From Kipferlia bialata (lineage: Eukaryota), in NCBI GenBank assembly GCA_003568945.1, contig BDIP01000031.1, forward strand, positions 1 through 41,380: a stretch of 41,380 bases of DNA, in the 5' to 3' direction. Below, piece after piece: positions 11,701 to 23,176 of this stretch. How positions within the stretch are numbered: position 1 is the stretch's first letter; every line of letters begins with the position of its first letter. The notes beneath the pieces were generated by a model. The model was given only the letters and a program-made list of their open reading frames with translations. It made no database searches and had not been told where the DNA came from. A program made the position numbers and the translations under genes.

Positions 11701-12690
11701 TGGTATGGATATGCACTCCTATATACCAAGTAGACATAGATAGTGCATGTATATATATACAAATATATATATATACCCGTGATGTCTGGCTGTGCCCCCA
11801 GGGTGGTGTAGTGATATACTACTAATGTAGCATGTATCTATATATATCGATGCATACCCGTGATGTCTGGCTGTGCCCCCAGGGTGGTGGCACTGGAGAA
11901 GGTGGGGGAGGAGGCACCGTCCTGGGGGTGAGGGATTAATATATATATAGTATATCATAGTATATGTACATTATAGTATATATATATATATGGGTGGGTT
12001 AATAGATGTGGGGGAGGAGGCACCATCCTGGGGGTCAGGGAGCATAGGTATATATATGCCACTTTTATATATATACATGAATATATCTTACACCCTATAT
12101 CCACGTATAGTCATCTACTTACCTGCGTGACGTGCATCTCCCAGAGGTCTGTCAGGCCCATGCCCCCATAGATGAGGCACATCGGGTCACTGGGGTGAGG
12201 ACAAGGAGGAAGGTGAAGGTGAAAGACAGGGAGATGATGGGGGAGGGGGGAGGAGAGAGAGAGAGAGCTGTCGTCATAGATGAGGCAAATGGGTCATTAG
12301 GGGGGGGGTATATCAGGAAGAGAGACAGAGACAGAGAGACAGAGAAGTGGTCGAGCACATCAGTGGGACTGCTGGAGGAAATAGAGTGAACACTCTTGGG
12401 GGGGAGGTTCAGAGGGGGAGAGAGAGAGAGTGTGTGTGAGAGAGAGAATGAACAGATGACCCATACACCCATGGGAGGAGAGAGAGAGATCTGTGAATCC
12501 ATATGTATGATATATCAATCTGCAGCAGTGACTCACTCTGTGTCTGGGATGAACTGTATCACATCTAGATCTATAATGGGGAGTGGTAAATACATATATG
12601 AGTGAATATGGCAAGGTATGTGTGGCTATGACTCACTCTGTGTCTGGGATGAATTCTATCACATGGCCCTCTCTCTTGGGAGGGGGGGTC
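618..12690 (-). CDS. Multi-exon (about 45 exons) receptor-like membrane protein: N-terminal Kelch repeats, Cys-rich GCC2/GCC3 (ephrin-receptor-like) repeats, two TM helices, extracytoplasmic loop, third TM, short basic tail; 5' end lost in the gap
   Basis: Hand-spliced exons are phase-compatible. Kelch: TPPPKREGHVIEFIPDTD|DPMCLIYGGMGLTDLWEMH (12637-12690, 12123-12189), ELWRYDVVNNSWEQL, R.ERHSMHSWGGNLLVMLG, IYAYGGRTASSLSSAMWRFD, KMFLYGG, RIYLYGGW. Cys-rich: CTPCPMGTYKS, CVTCADGYYSQ, CTPCPEGT, CQPCE.DEYCPIGS (about 4690-5256). TMs: VCYIVAGVLCVCLAAMLLC, GGYFSLVYYLFGGAMAVSLLIGF, MGAFAGVALGSVVGLSGTFSTAM. Last exons GRKRKIKKTLDKASRKAVAQ (743-802)|VPNPLSVHPVQQTAV-TGA (618-620). Confidence 0.85.
1146..1290. 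repeat. (GA)n microsatellites around a 23-N gap, with duplicated GTATAGAACCTGGGGGTGTAAG
   Basis: Seen directly; lies in a gene A intron. Confidence 0.9.
2723..2774. repeat. Compound (AT)n(GT)n microsatellite (intronic)
   Basis: Seen directly. Confidence 0.95.
3018..3350 (-). repeat. Tandem array (period about 100 nt) of exon 3' end + donor: 1 exonic copy plus 3 echoes
   Basis: ACCCCCGAACTGGTCTGGGTCTG(C/T)CCT at about 3021, 3125, 3224 and 3324 (exon). Confidence 0.95.
7263..7575 (-). repeat. Tandem array (period about 65-77 nt) of exon 3' end + donor: 1 exonic copy plus 4 intronic echoes
   Basis: Plus-strand unit TACCTT(A/T)GA(C/T)CTGAGGTCGAACCTCCACA at about 7264, 7341, 7415, 7485; exonic copy TACCTTTGACCTTAAGTCGAACCTCCACA at about 7547. 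Confidence 0.95.
11596..11890 (-). repeat. Tandem array of exon 3' end + donor: 1 exonic copy plus 3 echoes
   Basis: ACCC(G/A)TGAT(G/A)TCTG(G/T)CTGTGCCCCCAGGGTGGT at about 11597, 11672, 11775 and 11856 (exon). Confidence 0.95.
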
Positions 12691-12740
12691 CTGGGGGTGG
12701 GGGGGGGGGGGATAGAGAAGGGGGGGGGGGGGGGACAGAG

Positions 12741-12901
12741 NNNNNNNNNNNNNNNNNNNNNNNNNNNNNNNNNNNNNNNNNNNNNNNNNNNNNNNNNNNN
12801 NNNNNNNNNNNNNNNNNNNNNNNNNNNNNNNNNNNNNNNNNNNNNNNNNNNNNNNNNNNNNNNNNNNNNNNNNNNNNNNNNNNNNNNNNNNNNNNNNNNN
12901 N
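12741..12901. other. Scaffold gap (161 N) flanked by G/C homopolymers
   Basis: N-run; genes A and B are both 5'-truncated at it. Confidence 0.98.
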
Positions 12902-12970
12902 CAGTGTCACTCTGTGCCTCACTCTGATTCCCCCCCCCCCCCACTCTCTCTCTCTCACTCTACTCTCACT

Positions 12971-13180
12971 CCAAGGGACTGTCTCCCTCCAGTTCCTGTT
13001 TCACTTTGTGATGTCTTCATTATTCTCCCTATCTTTCTCTCTCCCCCCCCCTTCTCATCTTCAGGGACCCTGTCTCCCTCCAGTACCTGTTCCACCATGT
13101 ACTCTCTCTCTCCCCCCCCCCTCTCTCACTCCCAGAGACCCTGTCTCCCTCCAGTACCTGTTCCACTCTGTGCTGTACAT
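12971..13180 (+). repeat. Acceptor + exon 5' start repeated: 2 echoes plus the real exon
   Basis: CTGTCTCCCTCCAGT(A/T)CCTGTT(C/T)CAC at about 12979, 13070 and 13141 (exon), each preceded by an AG. Confidence 0.93.
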
Positions 13181-13445
13181 ACCTGAGTCAGAGAGGGTGG
13201 ACTCAGAGTACTTCATGTATGCAATGTACGTTAGTAATCTCAGTATTTCTCTTCCGACTTTTTCCTCTCTGTTTCCTCTCTCTTTCCTTCCTCTCTCTTC
13301 TTCTTCTCACTTGGAGGGTCTGACGTTGTCTGCAACCTGCTAAGCTCACTTCATTCTCTCTATGTGTAATTATCTTTCTCTCTCTACCTCCTTCTAACAC
13401 ATCAGAGGCTCTGATGCTGTCTCCATCATGGATTCACTACTCTTC

Positions 13446-13486
<41 letters not shown>

Positions 13487-16400
13487 TCTTTGACTTTTTC
13501 TTATGCCCAGAGGCTCTGACGCTGTCTCCATCATGGGTGACACCCTTGTGGTCTGTGACGAGAAGAGCCACAACCAGGTACATATCCTATGTGGTATACA
13601 CTCTATCATATATAGATTCTCTATGTGTTATAGTGTCACAACCAGGTATATATATCCTATACTTTTAACACTACACTCTCTATGTTGGAATCTCACAGCC
13701 AGAGCACCACCATGGCATCAGGAACGGTCTTTGTGTACAGGTACATCATACACCCACGATATTAGTCTTTCAACAGTCTAGTCCTATTGATCCCCATATT
13801 TGCCCTTACTCTTTCGTTCTCTCTATCCATTCTTCTCCTATCTCTATACCTCTATCTATCTATATACACACTTACCCCTCAGATACCAGTCTGGTACTGA
13901 CACCTGGGACTTGGTCACACAGATAGGTATGGTGCACATATATATACATACAGTATCCATCTGTAGTATCATTCACACCATTTTGTAACTGCTAGGGATT
14001 CAGCAATACAGAATATAGTGGTATATGTATATGTATATATTTGCATATATATTCATCTTCTTACCCCAGACAACACCTTTGGGGCTGCTGGTGATGACAT
14101 GACAGGGTTCGCTGCGGCAGCCACCCTACTCACAGAGACACAGGTGCAGATATACACATATGTATACATATAGTTTCATCTCATTATCTACTCCTTAATA
14201 ATTATCGGTTGTTTCTCGGTATATACCTCTAGACAAATTCGTTTGACTACTTACAATCCACTACGGGTTAACTAATTCCAGCTCCTTCTCTCCGATGACA
14301 TGTAGACTCTATTGGGAATAGATATATATATACATATATTCATGTGTATATATATGTTAGTGTTATATATTAATATGTATTCTCATTGCAGCTCCTTGTC
14401 TCCGATGACCTGTATGGCGAGGCCAACAGGGGAAGGGCACATCTGTACACATGTGGGTACACGGATGGTGACACTGATGTGTATGAGTGTACCCACTCCA
14501 TGTTCATAGAGCCACCCACAGACTGCATGCCAGGGTCATGCTGGATGGGTTAGTGTCATTGTTCTATATGCTCTCTCTCTCTATATATATATATATACTG
14601 CGCAGGTCAGTGCGATCTCTACTTACATCTAGGTCACACCTTCAACACCGACCCCTCCGACCCCTCTATGCTGGCCATGGGTATAGTCACGCAGAGGGGG
14701 AGGAACAAATTCAATATGGTGTCAGGTACTCCTGCCTAACTGTGTGTATATACCTGTATATTATTACCTATATACCACATATATGTACCATTGCATATTG
14801 TATCAACACATATACGAGTATTTCTTAGTCTATATGCTCTCACTCTTAGAGCGTTGGACCACCACCGTGTACACCCTAGACCTGGATGCCCTGACCTACA
14901 CATACATCACGATACCCAATCCAGAGGGGGATGGATATCAGGTTAGCAGTATGTATACTGTATATTATCTAAACATATACGATGTGGGTACGATATTTAC
15001 CCAGACGGATGGGCCAAAGCTTAATATGCGTATATTTAGACCTCCGACACCTCCATCAGTATACCCTGAGGGAGATGGGTAGAAGGGTAGCAGAGTATAT
15101 ATGGGTAGGGTACAATTTATCAACCTACCTAACCCCCAGGTCCCAGAGGTAGCAGGTGTTGTTGTCAGTGGAGGGTTCATGGGGAGCATACTGGAAGAGA
15201 CTGGAACTGGGGTATGTCTCTGTGTGATTTTTCTACATATGACTTCATACATTTGCATGTACCAGACTCAATGAGACATTGTACATCTCTTGACCCCAGG
15301 AGTCAGAGTACAATGCAATGTACCACCGTAACTCTGCCAATGAGTGGATACTTGACCAGAAGATAACCAGTGACATATGCACAGCAGGTATACTCGGTGA
15401 CTCCTCAATATTCCGCGCTGTCCCTGTGTTGACTCTAGACTTTCAGAGTCTAAGCATCAACGTGCATTTGTATATTAATATTATTATTATAGAGAATGAA
15501 ATAACGTATATACTGTTTCATCCGGATTTACCCCAGGCTCACCCGTGCCCTACTGCCAGGCAGGTGGCTTTGGAGGGGACATGGTCCTGTCACCCCCAGA
15601 TGAGGAGACTGGATGTGAGTGACCTTCAGTATAGTATGCAGCCTGTCTAATTGGATTACTCCTATTGATATGATTGATATCTATGTTGGAGGGGACATGG
15701 TCCTATCACCCCCAGACGCCATAACAGGACGTTAGTGGCATTGAGATATATTTACAGCCAGTCTAATTGGTTCACTACTGTTATTATATATATATGGAAG
15801 TTATCATTGTTGTGAGACCAATTATTATTGCGACTATGGATAAGTATATAACTTTGGTGCTAACCCTCAGTCCCCACCCTGGCCCTGTACTCAGACAGCT
15901 GCTCCCAGTCTCTAGACCCAAGGTATCCCATGTATGTTATACCGGTGTATTGTATGTTACTCTGGACCCCAGGTATCCCATGCCTGGAATATCGGTGTAT
16001 TGCATGATAGTATGTGATACTCTCTCTCTTTTCTTTTGTACTGTTGGTGGAGGTGATGTGTTCCCCTCAGCCACTCTATATTCTATTCATGTATATATAT
16101 GTGTATGTACTTCTATGTTCCTCTAATATCCAGTGGCTGTGTCGTGTTCCTGACCCCCACCCCCATCCCCGGTGCTGACCCTGAGACAGAGAGTGCATAC
16201 ACATGGGGTGTTGTGGGGGGGATAGAGTCACTCGCACCAGGTATGGGTATACACACGCACACATATGTACATATAACCCTCACTCTCTCTATATGTGTAT
16301 ATTATCTTACCTCAGATGGCTCCAGCATGGGTGTGTACATGGTGTTCCCATCAGCAGATACTATGCTCACAAGGTACGTTGAATACACTTACTCTCTCTC

Positions 16401-19400
16401 TCTATATATATGTATAAATATGTGTGTGTGTTTGCCTTCCTCATATCATGCTCTTAGGGTATCAAGATGCACTCTATGCATCTTTTCGCATTTTCATGTT
16501 CTTGATACAATGTTCAATGAGTTTGTTTGACCAAGTGAATAGGACACAGTCAGAGTATATCCACTCTTCCACGCTCTTCCACCTATCACCTTGACAGGTT
16601 TGCCACCATATACATACCTCACCCTCAGTGTATCAAAGAGTGCAGACCTCCTAGGCATATCCATCAACGCCTCAGATGTCGTTTCCCCTGTTCCAACATC
16701 GGTCACAACCACCCCAGAGGCAGCTGAGGTAAGGATATTCCTGCGGGGTGTTCTTAGCAAATACATCATATGCAGCATATTCTTCATAATGGCAATAATG
16801 GTTTAGACACAGCTTCAGATTGGGCATTCATATGGATATCTACACTTTCCTAACAATAGATTGGTAGGTACATACTGGACGACCTGACCCTCCACTTCTA
16901 CACGGAGAGTGGTCAGGTGGCATATGATAGCACAGCCACTGTGACCCTGGCGATCCCCGATCTCCAGACCGTTATGGGTACGTTGTTATATCACGCTACT
17001 GATAGCGGAAGAGATGTAAACTCATCTTCTCACCCTTCCTAGAGTGTACCCCTGTGGATGGCGCCTATCTAGTGGATTCCCTGCAGTTACCCATCGATGC
17101 ACAGGTGGAGGCTGGGGTGACACTGGACATGACGGCCACATACTTCAGGTATGTTCTGTTGTGTAGTAGGAGTCCATTTACTGACAAGTAAAACCTTACT
17201 TTAGCATGTTACTCAGGACATATTTAGTAAGAAGACTCTTTTCATATTTTGTTTGCTTCTTCTGAGTCTCTGACTAGTAGTCAGTGACTACCATGCATTG
17301 CGATACGCTCTCACCTCTCAGTGGTACAGGCACCCAGTATTACGCATCCCCTGACAGCGTGATTGTCATGGACACACAGCTCCCCAGTGCATATGGACCC
17401 ACATCCTCTGCAACAGTGTCACCCACCTACCTGTCACTACCAGCGGGTACCACTCACACATTCTCTACCGTGTTGCACAACGAGTATGGTGCAGTTGTCT
17501 GTGACAAGCGTGATGTGTCACTGACAACCTCATCTGCTACCGGGGAGGCACACCCATTGGCAGTGTATGATGATGCCAGTTGTATCTACTCGCAGTCATT
17601 GACAGTGTCTGTGGGTGATGCAGTTTATGTACTCACATATATGGATGAGGCTGGTCAGCCCGCATTCACCCAGGCCAACACGCTCACATTCTCTTCACCC
17701 AATGACGTGACTGGTGCGTATATATTTGTTTATAATTATTGGATATTCTATATATATGTGTCCCAACCTCCTTCTTCTCACCCCAGGTGTCTCTGTCTCC
17801 CCCATCTCCTGTCAGCTCTACATGCCACAGAGATTCGAGGTGTCACTCAGTGACTCAGAGGGCAACAAGGTTAGGAACTACAATCTAAATACATATACCA
17901 TACCACACACTGCAGCACCTCTCTTTGTGTAGTACAGTATACCACACTGTGTAACATCCAGGTCGGTGGTGACCTAGTCAGTGTCTACTTGGGGTGGGCT
18001 AGACCTACAAACCCTTCTGCCCCCTTGGACACAGAGCCTGACACTGAGTCTCTGACCCCGCTGTCCTGGAGTGCAGTTGACTCTGTGTTCTGTGGCTTGA
18101 CCACTGTGCAGAGTGATGAGCATACGGCACTAGAGGTGTACACCAGGGACAGTGACTCTGGGGTATATACTCTAGTAGGCACAGTCTCTGTAGACGTGGT
18201 AGAGCCATTGGCGGGTCTCGCAACGGTATCAGGGTGAGTGAGACATTATGTATTTCTTGCACATAGTAAATATCTCACATGACGTGTATTCACCTTTTTA
18301 CGTCTCTCATCCAGTGTCCCAGGACGTGCCTTGTCAGGACCCCTAACATCATCACCCATGGAGTACAATGTAGACAGCTCAGACAATACGGTACGGATGA
18401 CCAATTGAATGTATCCAACATTCTATATCCTCACAATAAGGGTGACTCTGTCTCCTCTCAGATACAGGGTTTCTTGAATATGAATGTGGTAGTTCATCTG
18501 TCTTCTCATCCAAGGGAGTTGCTGTCTCCAGTCAGATGCTGTTCAGCCTGGACCTTGACCTGCTTCAGGTCACCTCCTACCTAGTGCAGTACTACACTGA
18601 CAAGACTGACGAGCATGGCTATGTCTCATTCGATGTGCTTGATACAGAGCCTCTCTGGGTGGAGTATCCATCTGACGAATACGACCAGGTATCTTAAGTC
18701 AGCTGTCCTCTGCAATTCGATGTCTAGTAGTGTAGCGGTTCTTCACCATTTGTATTACTGACCTCTAGGAGGCTTTCACCATGGCATTCGACCCATCCAC
18801 CGGGTATCTGGCTGTCTGCAGAAGAGCTGATACCCCTGGCGACAGTGGTGTCTATATCTACACTGTAGACAGAGAGACAGGGGTATTGTCAAAGGTAGGT
18901 GTCTAGCAGTGAATCCATTGAGTATCATTGTGTTTCATCCTGACCCAAGGAGTTGTTCCTAACCACTCCAAAGCCCACCTATTTGGCTGGTAACTGTGCC
19001 ATGAGGGATGGTGTTCTTGCCGTATCCAACATGGATGGCATGTACATATATGTGGTTGAGAACGGACTCTGGAGGCTGGATGCAGACCTGGATATTGACA
19101 CAGGCCCTCGAGGAGGTGTATGTATACGCCAAGGTGGATGGTGTCTGGACTCGCACCCACACCATTGCCAACCCCTTTGGGTCTCCAAAGGAGGGAACAG
19201 GACTCTTTGGAGCCTCCGTTGCCATCGATGGGGATCTGGTCTCTGCAGGTTTGTATGTACAATGATGGTTGTGTGTCTATCCTTCTTTAGTGTGCGACCT
19301 TGTCTCTTCTTCCATTGTGAATGGGTATCTGTGTGTTCCATCACTTTCAGCACCTATCTAACCCTTCAGTGGATAACATGCCTGTCTCGTGCCAGGATAA

Positions 19401-22400
19401 GGCACACAAGACAGAGGTTGGAAGGACAACAGGAGTGTTCAGGTACTAGTAGTAGTTAGCTGTGACTATGTAGGTACTAGTAGATCGAGATCGATGCAGA
19501 TATGTATGTATATCTGTAACCCCTTTTAGAATGTATGAATCACCAGGGTCCCTCTCACTCTTCCTTTCTGTCTTGTATTGTATCCCCCACCGTAGGCTGA
19601 ATGATGATGGTACATCAGAGCGCCTAGACACCGTGTGCTACACTGAGGATGCAAAGAACACAGGGGCTGGTATTGGTGGTAGTATGCAGCTGAGGGATGG
19701 TACCCTTGTCACAACATCCCTAACCCTCAACACCGTGTACATTCACACGTTGCGAGAGGGGTCAGACACACTTCAACTGGTCAGGTATCTTGTTATATTC
19801 CATACATATATATACCCCAGAGTGTGTTCTGTTTCGTGTTCGAGTCTGCTCTATGTACTCATTGACCCTTAGGTCTCTGGTATATGCCCCTGGGAGTGAC
19901 GTTGACCCAACCCACTCTACCCTTGGATACTTCACGGCATTCGCTGGAGAGACTGTCTTTGTCTCCAGTGTGTATGTACTCGAGGATGGTGCCATATCCG
20001 CTGACTTCCATGACACCACTATAGCTCTGCTGTACAGTGGGATCAAGGACGACCCCTACCTAGGCAGCATATCAGTAGACCCCACCGACCTGGACTGCCA
20101 GACTGACAGTGTGGTCTTCACTGTGTCGCTCTATGATGCCAGTGGTGCACTGCTGACTAGTGACCTTACCTCTGACATTGCAGTGGCATGGGGCACAACA
20201 GGTGCTGATTTACATCTAGAATAGTATTGAATGGATATACTAATCTATGCCAAGTGTATGAGTCTTCAGAGTTTCAGTAGGGGTCTCTTCTTACACCAGT
20301 CCCCGACAGTGTCACCTTCAACCCCATTGACTCCACCTATGCCTGTGCATATGGTGACACATCCAGCATGACTGCCCTACCCAGTGTCACACCTCTCTCT
20401 GTGCATGTCACAACAGGGGGTGGGGGTCTCTATGCACTATCCCAGGATAACGCAAGTGTCCAGGTGAGTGGTAAACTGTTTTAGTATTGAACTCTCTGAC
20501 ATATATACTTACCCTCCAGGTCACTGTAGACTATGGTACACCCACCACCTTTGTATGGGTGGATCCTGCCAACGCTATGTTTCCAGGGGATGCTAGGACA
20601 CATGGGGTTAGTGATTTCACAAACATATATACCAGAGAGGCTACATAATGTACAGTGCACAGTGTATATAGTTTAGCGGCATCTTACTTCTCTTGCTGCC
20701 CTAACACTCAGTGCTACTTCTCCATCCTGGATGACCAAGGGATGCCCATGGTGGACCCTTCGTGTAGAATGATGGACTGCCTTGGGGCAGATTGCGATCC
20801 AGAGGATCCAGGTTGGGGATATTATTCTTTCACATATCTTCACTATTTTCATCCACATTCTATCTTCTCATATATATATATATATATTCTATATTTACTC
20901 TACTCACCAGACAGATGCCTTCTGGGAGTATCTGTCATTCGACCTTGACAGAGGAGCATGGACATCAGACATCTATGAGCACGAGACCTGCCTCGAGGTA
21001 TGCCTGTCACTATACTGTACACGAGATTGGTTTAGCGTTTAGGGGCATATTGGTGAATGTCTCCCAATATACGCACAGTGAAAGAACTTGATAACCCTTA
21101 GGACGTGCCATATACAGTCAAGGTGCCTGGTAGTAGTGGTGTTGACACTGACTACACCTTAGTCACAACCATCCTGTCCTACTATGGGACCCCAGACACA
21201 CTGTACATGACACCGAGGGAGGCTGTGCTAGGGCAGGACATGCAGAGTGAGTGACATGTCTGATATTACTTACTATTCATTAATTTTCTGCTTTCCGCTA
21301 TCCACCCCTCTGACCTCAGTCTCAGTCACCAGCACCGACTCGTGTGGCCTTCCTATACCTACAGACAATGGCCTCAGTGGATCGTGGTACCCAACAGGTA
21401 CATACAGAATACACCTAAACTTCCTCTATCTTTTACGACCTACCTATCGTGTATCTCTACTCTTACCAAAGGTGTGAGGACCCTGGCTGACTTTGACGTC
21501 ACTGACTCCACCTATCACTTGACATTGCCAGTTGGGTTGGACCAGCTGCTATACAGGTGCATTGCTAGAGAGTCTAGTACCTGTTACCCGTTACCATGCA
21601 CTGGCGTTCTTACCTCCTGTTGTTCTTTGGGAGCCATATTCTTACTCTCCATTCTATCTGATATCCAGTCCTGTCGTTGCCCTCACCACTCTGGGCACAG
21701 ACTACTACGAGGCAGTGAATGTGTCCATGGGCACAATCACAAGGGTGGAGGTGAGGGTTGCGCTATACCATAGAGGAGCATACTTCTCACTCGTATTCTG
21801 GACGCTCTTACGACAGATCAAGCCTGACTACATTGTGTCTGGGCCACACACGACGACCCTCATGATCACACCCTACAACGAGGTATCATCTCTGTTGAAG
21901 GGATTCTTCGTTAGTATCTCATAGTACTCTAGAGTATATGTCCATTTCCAAACGTACACCTAATAGCCCTATTATTACCATGTACTATAGTATGTTACTT
22001 ACATGCCACTAACCCCTTCAGTTTGACCATGTGATGCAGGGCGATACCTCCTTCGAGGTCACATGTGTACAGGGTGACCCAGCAGATGGGGGTGTCACTC
22101 TATACGCTGATGTGTGCATGACGTGCAGTCCAGTCGGATACAGCGTCAACTTGGAAGGTGTGTATTTCCATGTATGGAAATATCTTTACCGCGTATATTT
22201 GTGTATATTATTGTATGTCATGCATTCCAGTGGTACATCGTCAACCCTAGATGGTATGTATATATTCATATGTAGATATGGAAATCTTTGTACCAGTGTA
22301 TAGTCTTGACAGACAATCGATACCTTTCAGCTGACCCTGCAGGTCATTGGAGCACGGCTGACACTCCCTTCTCCATATCAGTCGGTTCCTTGACCACTCC

Positions 22401-22832
22401 GGTGTCGAGTGTGGAAGTTACACTGATCTACAAGGTACATACTCTATCCATCCACACACCAGATTGCGCATTATAATTTTATGGTGTATATATGGCCATC
22501 TCACCACTCAGGCCCCCTGGTGGTACTATGCACTCAGTGTGATGACTCTGCTCCTTCTCTCTCTCTGTGGATATGGGGTGTATGTCCACATGACTAGGGC
22601 CGCCAAGGAGAGACAGGTCGGTGGTATCAACACCCTTATATTGCATATGTTGATGGTATACTTTCAGTTTCTCATCCACATCATCCTTTATTACTTCATT
22701 ACGTAGTGGCCTCTTCCTTATATCCAGGGATACGCTCCGTTGGCTCTGGGTGGCGTTGGATACTCTGACACAATCACTGAGTCTGGTACTGAGTCTCCAG
22801 ACACGACTGACGTTGTTAGCATCAAGGAGTAG
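13136..22832 (+). CDS. Multi-exon type-I membrane protein with FG-GAP-like beta-propeller repeats alternating with Ser/Thr-rich Ig-like beta-sandwich domains; 5' end lost in the gap
   Basis: Spliced peptides: IGSDAVSIMGDTLVVCD, SGTVFVYRYQSGTDTWDLVTQI, GLFGASVAIDGDLVSAG, IGGSMQLRDGTLVT (FG-GAP-like); FEVSLSDSEGNK, FTVSLYDASGALL (Ig-like). TM WWYYALSVMTLLLLSLCGYGVYV (about 22512-22590). Final exon GYAPLALGG...VVSIKE-TAG (22830-22832). Not every internal junction was checked. Confidence 0.8.
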
Positions 22833-23176
22833 GGTCATCCAGTAAACCCACATTCTTGTCGGAAGGAGTTGTGCTGCTGCACAGAGTCCTCACCTGTATT
22901 CTATTAAACATGCATTATTGTTGTATCTCCTGGCCAGTGCACTATTGACCTTCTCCTCAGCAAAATTAGTGTTTACTATATGCAACCCCCGCGCAATCAT
23001 TCACATAATGTGACTCGTATTTAGTTGTTCGCATTATTGCTGTCGTTCTTGCTGAATGAATGGGCCGGATAGTCTGCACACCTAGAACTCCGGCATGAGA
23101 TCGGATGGCCATGCAATGGTCTCCATCGATACTCCTGACATTAGACACTGGCAACGTGGATATGCCATATATGCCA

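Noticed and set aside
552..12614. Numerous Y/I/C/H-rich short ORFs in the ORF track (e.g. 552-1025, 2876-3190, 5065-5655)
   Set aside because: Translations of AT/GT microsatellite introns or antisense shadows of real exons; real coding is recovered only by splicing.
743..16010. Echoes as transposon target-site duplications or introner elements
   Set aside because: The intervening segments share no terminal inverted repeats or family similarity between introns, and the duplicated lengths vary widely and include splice sites.
743..16010. Echoes as classical mutually exclusive exons (Dscam type)
   Set aside because: Most echoes contain only part of the exon and one splice site; only a few (7264-7512, 11454) have both.
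22903..22908. ATTAAA as the poly(A) signal of gene B
   Set aside because: Plausible position, but the organism's signal is unknown and a hexamer alone is insufficient.
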